DNA of 64,000 nt, taken from the NCBI GenBank assembly GCA_051362555.1, contig CM120645.1, positions 7,564,001-7,628,000 of the forward strand, read 5' to 3'. The stretch is from Lingula anatina (lineage: Eukaryota > Animalia > Brachiopoda). Under the pieces are notes generated by a model that saw nothing but the letters and a program-made list of their open reading frames with translations, made no database searches and was not told where the DNA came from. Numbering within the stretch: position 1 is the stretch's first letter; each line of letters opens with the position of its first letter. This document shows positions 35,495 to 64,000 of the stretch, in pieces. Both the position numbers and the translations under genes were made by a program.

Positions 35495-35796
35495 AGGATG
35501 AAAATTGTTCGTTTTAGCCAAAATACTTTTTCCTGGGGTGAATGGCAATTTCCCCATACTTACCAATGGTAAATGAATTCACACTTTTTTCTAAATAGTT
35601 TTTTTTTTTGTAATAATCTTTCAGGAAATTTGCTGAAATATCCAGAACTTTTGACCGGGGAAAAGTTCTAATGTGCGCTGTTTGCTTTAACATGTTGCGT
35701 CAATCACGCGCTCTTTTCATATGCTTTTACATTTCTTGCACAAAAACTTCATGTTTACGGAAAACCAACGGATAATGAACGTCATCTGTCTAGTCT
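35495..35796. mobile_element. Possible TTAA-flanked non-autonomous element between the converging 3' ends
   Basis: ttaa|agga at 35491 and gtct|ttaa at 35793-35800; TIR similarity is weak. Confidence 0.3.
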
Positions 35797-38700
35797 TTAA
35801 AAATAATTAATAAAAAATAAATAGAGTAATAATATTAATGAAACAGCTAAATTTGAAAGATTCTATTAAGATGGGTTCATTTTGGTTGGAAATGGAAGTC
35901 CGGTTTGACCGGCGCTTGTGCAAACGGTTCTTTTTAAAAGATTATACACCAAGAAAACAGACTGGGAGGTGACACAAGAATTTCAGTGTTTCCAATTTTT
36001 ATTAGCACCATAAAATTAACAGAACATTTTGCGGATACAGTGTTTCCGTGATTTTACTGCTAAGGCTATGCGACGCCGTGATATCCACGTCATACATTTC
36101 TAACATAAAAGACACCAATTTTCATCTCGATTCCAATAAGATAGGGTTATAATGAATTCGTTAAGATTTGGTACACGTTAACGCAAGACAAAATACAGAC
36201 CCAACGCTATCAACAGCAGGGCAAACCACAGGTAAATATTTGACGAGCAAGTCAGTATGTTTAAGACGTGATCAATTTTACTCCCACCTTTTTGGGAACA
36301 TGAAAGGTGTAAACGTGTTTGTGTCACAAACATCAGCGTGTATAAAATATCCTCTTTCCTTTAACGTAACACTTTATCAGCATGGCGTGAAATAACGTTT
36401 GGATCAAATAAGCCCCCCCCCCCCTAAAAAATAAATAAATAAATAAATAAAAAGGACATATTATAATATTTGTACTATAATATTTGCAATGATGTGACTA
36501 TTATACACAATGCAATATTATTATCATTATTAAAATCGCAAACAAAAGTAACTTTCAAGCATACCCTGTGCATATGAAAAGGCAGAGGACATCGTGTATA
36601 ATTTAACTTGTACGCAAAAATACATATATTGTAGCATACCTAAGTGTATTTACAAATTCATGAGATTCTATCAATTACATAAATTCAAGTCTATATCAAT
36701 ACTGATAATAGCCACACAAACACGAGACATTTTTTCTCATATCTTGACTCAAAATTCTTATTACAAACAATTCACCTCAAATGCAAAGTTTACACAATCC
36801 TGACATGCACATGTGCACGTTTATTTACTCTTGGTTCTATGCAGCTTGGAAAATATTTAAGATATCTTTACGAATATCCCATAGACAAGTCTTAACATTA
36901 CAATTTTATTCTTTTTAAAATAAGAAACACTTTGCTCATGCACAAATTGAAAACTGCCCCGTACCCAATACTGCTTTTGCAAATCTCCCCAATATACAGA
37001 GGAAACATGCCTCCTGCGTTTGTCATTAAACAAAGGTCTCCTCTCTAGTGGCACTTGTACTTCAATTTACCTTTTTAACTACTGTCTATAACTGATAAGG
37101 TGTTAATTTTTTTCACCTATTACAAAAAGGTAAAAAACAATCAAACACTAATGATTATTCGTCTGAAGAGGCAAACTCATCTTTCCTCCGATAGGTGTCT
37201 CTGTAGATAGTTACAAAATTGCTTAAAGACATTCGTTCAATTTTGTTACAAACTACAGAGATGCCTGGTAACCTGATTTGTTAGAACCAACACAGTAAGC
37301 ATACCATTACACAGCACTGTAGAACAGGGGAGACGTTTCTTTGGAAAGACAATCACACTGTTTAGGTATTGGCATTGCAAATCATTAAATGGCATGAAAA
37401 GTGATACTAATTGTAAGCAATGTACCAAAGTGACAATCGAGAGCTAAAAGTATAAGGAATTCATTTACTCTAGGCTGTCACATGCCCTTTCCAAAAATAA
37501 ATGGCATAAATGTAGAGGACAACAAAAACGTTTTAGATCTTCATCAATCTACTGCTGTAAATACCTTACTAAAATCCACTGTTTACAATAATATACTTGA
37601 CTACCTCTGAATTTTCTTAATAAATAGGACTTCTAAAAATGATGATGTGCACCTTTTGACATTTAACATTTCACTTAAATAAAATTTTCTATTTAATATT
37701 GGTAAAACATTGTTGCACTTCCCCAGGTAAGAAGAGAAAAACCAGTTACACCCCTAAAATGTAATTTAGCATGTCATGGTAAAACCCGATTTTCGTTAAT
37801 AATGTTGACTTCAAATAAATTCTAAAACGTGACATGTATCTAAACCAAATAATAATAATAATACTAATAATAATTTTCTAATAACTGGTGAAAAGGCACC
37901 ACTTAAATACCAAATAGATGTGTAAACATACCAGTATGGCGGCAATACTATATTCGCTTGAATATTTTGACATACAAGCATTTCCTTGTAAGGAGGCAAG
38001 AAAAATTGTCAAAAGTTAAAAAGAAACAAAATTTTAGGCCGAGAAGACAAATGTCAATGTTATTTGGACCCCATCTTTCATACTCTACTGCTTAAGGCAT
38101 GAAATCAAACCATGCAGACAACAACTGAAGCACTTTACAAAATGCTGCATATTTTGAATTTCAAACATCTGAGGCAAATTGTGCATCAAAAGCAACCTGT
38201 TTTTATTAAGAATTATATCTATCATTAAAGAACAGATGTTTTATCTAGAGCACTAGCAAACAGAAATCTACATCGGCAAAGGTGAAATAGTATCACAGTA
38301 CCATACATGAGGGCATGTTTCATCTCTGGAACATCACTTTTTCACTGTAAGAAACCCAACAGAAGTGGCCTTAAGTTCCTTCTTAGGTGTCAATGCAAAG
38401 CTAGCTATTCTGTTCATATAGCATTTTCATTTGGGTCCTCTGTGAATCAATTCTGTTTATATAGCATTTTCATTTGGGTCCTCTGTGAATCAATTCTCGC
38501 CCTCTCTGCCATATAAATTTGAACTTTCGAGGATACTTGCCCTGATGACCATTTGTTGAAGCTAAGTGATTTTCTTTTACTAGATATGAAGTAACAATTT
38601 TTGGCTGCAGTCATCTTTTTTCTCCGGAAAGAAAATTGCTCTGCCCTTTGCCATTCCTTTGGGCAACATACTGCAAACACTGGCTTTGAAAGAACCTACT

Positions 38701-39920
38701 TTATAAGTGATGGAAGTTCTTTTATATTTCCTGAAATTGTCAAATTCAGGAAATTGTGAAATAGTTGGCGCTGTTCAATCAGTAAAACATACTGCAAAGG
38801 CAGCTTCCACTGCTGCTGGATGTCAAGGCCACTGTATGTCAAGGTCACTGCTTACAAGGTCACTGCAGGTCAAGGGCATGAGACTGCTTGGTTTACTTCT
38901 TAGGCCAGCCCTGTAATAGGTATACATAACTTGTAATTAATAGCACATGAAAATGAACTCTGACTGAAAACTTAAACATAAACCATTAAAAACATTTTTT
39001 TAAAAACAGGTTTTCAGCAGGGTAAAATGTCAAAGCTCTCATATCATTTTACTTTCAAAATGTGCTATGAAATAATAAAGCTTAAATACGAAGCTGTCAA
39101 GACTACGTTTAAAAAGGGGTCAAGCACTAAACCTTAAATTATGAAGGCATTAAAAGTAAACCTGTTTAATATACATGCAATATGTATTCTATACAATTCA
39201 CAAAACTCCATTTTGCAACAAATTTATTTTCTTTTAAATAACAGATGTATAAAAGCAACAATTTAGATAAATGAATGCCTAACGAATGCCATATTTTAAG
39301 GCAGCAGGTCTCACAAAGTGCAGGAAAGCTGTGGATAATATTAACATAATTTATAGGCACAGACACTCAAATCAGGGTAAGGGAGTCAGGCAAGAAGTAG
39401 TGCATAAAAAATTTGATATTTTTCTAAGCCCTATGGATCTGGCTAGACTTACTCAGATCAGTTTGTTGCTGTGAGTATTTAGGCTTATAATACCACAAAA
39501 CATTTGGGTCTTTCTCTCTCTCTCTCACACACACAAAGTTAACAGAAACTTTTCCTCTTTCTCTCTCTCTCTCTCTCTCTTTCACACACACACACCTTTC
39601 GTCTCTTTCTCTCATTCACGCACACTCACAAAAACACACACAGACGGCATTCAGAAAAAGTTGATTCCCGGATTAACAGATCCAGACTAAATATAGAAGA
39701 TTCACTTTAAAGCAAATGGCCTCCCTGCCTCCATACATGTCGCTGCAGGGGTCTTGCAATTTAAGCTCAGGGCCGAGATTTAATCTTCTTAATGGTACGT
39801 GTGGAGGTGGGGAGACCATCTCGGGATTTAGCGATGCAGCTTTTTAGTGGGGTTGGCAATATTAAGTCGGCAGATCAGTTAGTCTGCAGAACATCTCTTC
39901 TGAATGTGCTCTCTCTCTCT

Positions 39921-40095
39921 CACACACGCCTGTGCACTGTGCTCTGTTCTATAAGATAACAGTAACATGTTTACCATGCAGTAACACAGGGAGAATGGAC
40001 AGACACATACACGCACACACGCCTGTGCACTGTGCTCTGTTCTATAAGATAACAGTAACATGTTTACCATGCAGTAACACAGGGAGAATGGACAG
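39921..40095. repeat. Two-copy tandem repeat, period 93 bp, just downstream of the ERC stop codon
   Basis: cacacacgcctgtgcactgtgctctgttctataagataacagtaacatgtttaccatgcagtaacacagggagaatggacag twice. Confidence 0.95.
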
Positions 40096-40113
40096 CTGTG
40101 TGGGCCATGCATG

Positions 40114-59643
<19,530 letters not shown>

Positions 59644-59962
59644 CTGAAAACATAAAAGAAATAGTCTAAAGTTTGTGAAATTAGGTATAAATAGAAAAGT
59701 TGTACGAGATAATTAATATCACAGGAAAAAAGGTACAAGCAAGTTTTATTCCATCTTCAAGACATAAATGAATAAAAGATCCCACACAGAAGAAATTAAT
59801 ACCCTGAAAGAAATTATAGTATTTGAATTGATACTGTAATTGAAAATAATAATTATCTATATCTTACAGTACAATATTTTACATATCAGAGGGAAAATCT
59901 TCACATACACTGAAAGGGAACGTTTACTATGAAATTTATTGACCTATGAAGATAATGCACAC

Positions 59963-60132
59963 TAACTCAACAGGGACTCTCGCTGAATGCAATCAGATTA
60001 ACAGACTAACATGCCTCCTCTTGTTCCCAACACAATCGTACAATCACCAGCTTTTCTATATTCTACTCATCACCAAGAGGAGGCCTGTTAGTCAGTTAAT
60101 CTGATTGCATTAGGCAAAAGTCCCCGTGGAGT
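59963..60132. mobile_element. Palindromic MITE family copy 2
   Basis: taactcaacagggactctcgctgaatgcaatcagattaac / gttaatctgattgcattaggcaaaagtccccgtggagtta. Confidence 0.75.
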
Positions 60133-62412
60133 TACTGCTCATTAGCTAGTTGCACTAAGGAGACAATATTCATTTTGAAGATGATATGCATTTCTTTTTT
60201 TTTTTTTGTTTGGTTTGTTTTTTGCAAAGGCAAATACTGAATCATTCAAATTACGGAATTATAAACATGCTTTGCAGACTGCTGAACTCTACAGGAACTT
60301 CTCCAACTCTGTACACAGTCAACAATTACAGCTAAGCACTCAGATCACACACACCCCTCCCCCCTTCCAGGCTAGGCTAGTTAGTTTCTGTTGTGGTTTA
60401 CAACATCTACTCTTTACATGTGTATCTTTCCATTTAGCACACCCTATTATGCTCATGGCTTAGCATGACAGTTTGCTCTCACTTGTGCAGTTAATAATGT
60501 AGCCAATCAGCATTTCCTTGAAAACACATTTCTCTTTTATAAAGGACAAAGCTAGCTAATGAAGCATTTAGTTTTCTTTTGGAGTTTAAACCAGGGAGCC
60601 TCCAAAGGCATTTATCTATAATAAAAATGGACAGATATAAGTTCCTCTCTACGGTTTAGATAAGGTTCATTAGCACTATTAAGATATCATTTTTAGATTT
60701 CACAAGACTGATTTCATTCACATGATTGGTTCTCCTTGGGTGTTTTGTGAAGGCAATGAGTTGCCCTCAAATGACTTGCAATTAAGTGTCCTGCACCTTG
60801 AGGGTGTGAAGCTCAAGGGAAATGAGATGAATAGGTATATATTTCTAAAAACACTGTATCAATCCTTTGTCAATCCTACAAAATATTCAGAGTATAATTC
60901 TGGATTTAGAATTGGTTTGATCTGATTTACGAAACCAATTTATATTGGTGAGTATAAAAAAAGACAGGAACAGTAAATAACAATTCTTACCTTACATTAA
61001 CAGACAATTTTGATCAAATTCTAAAGAAAATGTGAAATATTTGGAAAAAATGTTCTTCGGCTAAAAAAAAAAACATGCTGATCTCGAAAGTTTTAAAATA
61101 TTGTGGCCCGTGTCTCTCTGCTAGGGTCAGTGCATGATGTAATGCAAACAACTTCACATCTTCCCAGCTACTCCTTCAAGGGTACTGTTACTAGGCTAGC
61201 TCACAAACACATTTTTTTCTTCATCTGACAAACCTATGTAATCTCAAACACAATTTGTCAAATCAGCATCAATGAGTAGTTGTTAAAAAAGGGCATTTTT
61301 TCAAACTGTCATTAAGCCAACGAACCTAGATCTAGGGCTTTTTCACATCATGCAATAATACATTTATTTGCTTTGAGAGATTGACAAGATAATAGTCCAG
61401 ATTTTACGTAAGAGAGTCACCTGAATGGGGAAACCCTCACCCTTGCACGGGACATGACCAATTAACCAGATGAATTTTGAATTGGTTCAAACAGATGAAA
61501 TCAAACTTGTGAAAAGAAACAAAAAGCTCCGTACACAGCATAATTACAGTCTAAATGTTTTGATACAGATAATTTGATACAGATACAGATACAGATAAGT
61601 GTAACACAAAATGTGAAAGGGGTCTTACATTATCAACTGTTGTATAACTCGCCCACCAGTGTCAATGCAGTTCTTTGACGGGCGCCGTGTGATCTCGCCA
61701 TAAGTCATAAGGCAATCACCGGCTCAGTACCCTCTTTTTTCAAAGGTAAATAGGTAAAAAAATAGTTGCATGATGCTCAAGTAATTTGATGCCTGGGATC
61801 ACATCGATTATCATATGAGTCACAGACTTTACAAATACAACCCCACCACAGGTGTCATTTTTGTAATTTAACCGATCGACTCTTTTTCATCTCTGTCAAT
61901 GCGCAGTGCACTTGAAGTGGAAATATCTGATTTTCTCTCAAGGGCCCTGAAGAGTAAATTCTGAGCTATTGACAATGTTTTCAGAGTGAAGATATTGAAC
62001 ATGTCCTGGTTAAGTGAACGAGTAGCAAAGTGTCGTGGTTTTACATGTCTTTCCCATTAAATTATATGTGATGAATAATAGATGGGATGACAGGACCAAC
62101 AAAGAGCAATACTGCAGTATATGGGGGTTATTGTTGATTGTTTTACACTGCAGGTGGGGAGGTTGTAAATGTTATGGAAGTTGTCATTGAAATTGTCAAT
62201 GTTTGGCGTTATCTGTATTTAGTCTTCATACTCCAAGGAAGTTAGGTTCTGTTCTATCTAGTTTTGACATTAAAAGAAAAAAATCAGATCTAATTTCAGT
62301 GAACATGTGGTTTGATTGTGCCTACTCTAACATAACCCCTACTACCCCTCTTCCCAAGCCACCTTTAATTATAAAATAATTTTCTGCCCATTTTATGTAG
62401 CTTCCAATGAGA

Positions 62413-62700
62413 CTGGGTGACTTACTACTGCCACAGAAAATGAATAATTATCGAACCGAGCAAAAATTGTTTTTTCTCATATTTTTAAGAGAGGCATAAA
62501 TAATCATTTTGTAACCCGCAACTGAAGTTGTCAGTGCAATAAGTTGAGGTGCAATCAACCTGACTGAGATTGTCTGGGTGACTCACTATTGCCACAAAAA
62601 TAAATTATTATCAAACAGAGCAAAAAAGTTTTTTTCTCATATTCATAAAGGGGCATAAAAATCATTTTGCAATCCACAACTGAAGCTGTCAGTGGAATAA
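62413..62700. repeat. Diverged ~160-bp tandem duplication
   Basis: ctgggtgact.acta.tgccaca...gagcaaaaa...tttttctcatatt...ggcataaa.aatcatttt...caactgaag.tgtcagtg.aataa twice. Confidence 0.85.
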
Positions 62701-63266
62701 TCAAAGGGCAATATTACTTTGGAGTATAGCAATCAAGTGTCCCTTTCTAAAAGTTGGAACCTAAAACCATTACCTGAAATGCGATGAGAATGCAACTCTT
62801 GGCGGGCACTAGAAAAGTCAATTTCCCCACCATTAATTGATTACGCACACAGAAATTTCCCAACGTTACTTTGCCATGTACATATCAATGTACGACAGAG
62901 GAGGAGGAGATGGCGGGACCAGGCAGCTTGAAGTGTATTGATGCACAAAGATATAGAATTTTATTGAGACATCTTATTGGTTCTTGGCTTATGTAAAGAG
63001 AGAATTATAGAAAAGTCAATTTTCTTCTCACAGCTGCAGTGGATGTGCATAGAGAAGCCCTTCAGACTTTTGGTGGAAGTTTCACATGTTACTGTTTGCT
63101 GTGCATTAATTGTATGATGTGATTCATGCAAGTTTCTGAGAAATGAAACTAAAATAGAGTGACATAAACTGCTTTATGTATCAGAGACAAGAATCTAATA
63201 AGTGTACGTCTTGTTTCTTTGTACATAAAAAAGTATTAACTTAATAGGTCAAATTAAGACTTATTG

Positions 63267-63269
<3 letters not shown>

Positions 63270-63317
<48 letters not shown>
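63270..63317. repeat. (GA)n microsatellite
   Basis: Direct reading. Confidence 0.95.
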
Positions 63318-63322
<5 letters not shown>

Positions 63323-64000
63323 TCCTGTTTCCATATAAGCATACATCGCTGTTATTCAGTTTCCACAAAACTGTCCTTCACCTACAAAAGCATACAGACC
63401 TACTTCGTTGTTAGTTTTGGGTCATTAAACTGTGTTCCAGGATATTCTCAGAAAACATTCTGTGCATCATTAGGTAGCAGGAAATAAAGCACGATATACA
63501 CCACATTTAATGAGCCTATGATCTGATACATCAATTCAAACAGGACATTCATAATTAATATGGTTACTCAATTAATCTAAATTTAAAACAAAAGAACGAT
63601 ATATTTCTGAGGTTTTCCTCATAAAACTTAAAAGGATAAACAATTTTTTTTGAGAAGGTTAATTGAGATCTTGTCATTTTTGTAAATAAGTAAAAATTAC
63701 AGACTTCAAACCATAAATGTATTAAATGTACCACATGTGAGTTATAACATAATTTTTGACTTTCCCACTGATAGAAAAAAGGGTTTGATGACTTGTTTAT
63801 GGGTCACTACCCAAGGTAAAATACTTTTCACGGTGTGTCATTTCCTTCACCTGATTCCAGTGCCACAACCAAAAATCCTTACACCTGTTATGTCTTCAAA
63901 TCTTGTGATCTTTGCACTGTGGATAAAATTGGTAAAAGCTGCACATGTGCCATGGAAGACACTAATAACTTTTGCTGGTAAAAACTGGTTTTCGGTGTTA

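Noticed and set aside
38415-38497. Two-copy ~43-bp repeat, and the 93-bp repeat at 39921-40095, as CRISPR-like arrays
   Set aside because: Only two adjacent copies, no spacer series, eukaryotic 3' UTR context; simple local duplications.
61860-62260. Possible further upstream ERC exon
   Set aside because: No frame gives ERC-like coiled coil with a phase-0 donor; the upstream exons probably lie beyond the window.

Overview
AT-rich, intron-containing animal DNA, most likely a marine invertebrate (species not determinable here); no prokaryotic features, RNA genes or CRISPR arrays seen. Left to right: (1) a minus-strand tandem cluster of small secreted TIL-domain protease-inhibitor genes (two complete, plus the 5' end of a third running off the left edge) sharing a conserved E-box/CRE promoter module; (2) a 13-coding-exon minus-strand gene, nearly invisible in the ORF track, that I spliced by hand into a 648-aa single-pass receptor: signal peptide, two [PLAT/LH2 + ShK-like Cys motif] units, Ser/Thr stalk, TM and an acidic tail with 11 tyrosines; (3) head-to-head with it, a plus-strand receptor gene (~1014 aa): signal peptide, furin-like Cys-rich ectodomain, TM, long Tyr-motif linker, ZU5 with an HF-T candidate autoproteolysis site, UPA-like region and no death domain, carrying an apparently identical 2.1-kb internal tandem duplication; the region between the two genes has kappaB, three tandem STAT-type, ETS and CRE motifs; (4) tail-to-tail, the 3' two-thirds of an ERC/ELKS/CAST ortholog ending in DEDDGIWA*. 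Many MITEs, LINE 3' fragments (including a three-level nested insertion) and microsatellites are present. The best candidate for an undescribed system is the divergent pair of orphan receptors beside the TIL cluster, a possible inducible defence locus; that function is inference only. All gene models and domain calls were read by eye without database searches.
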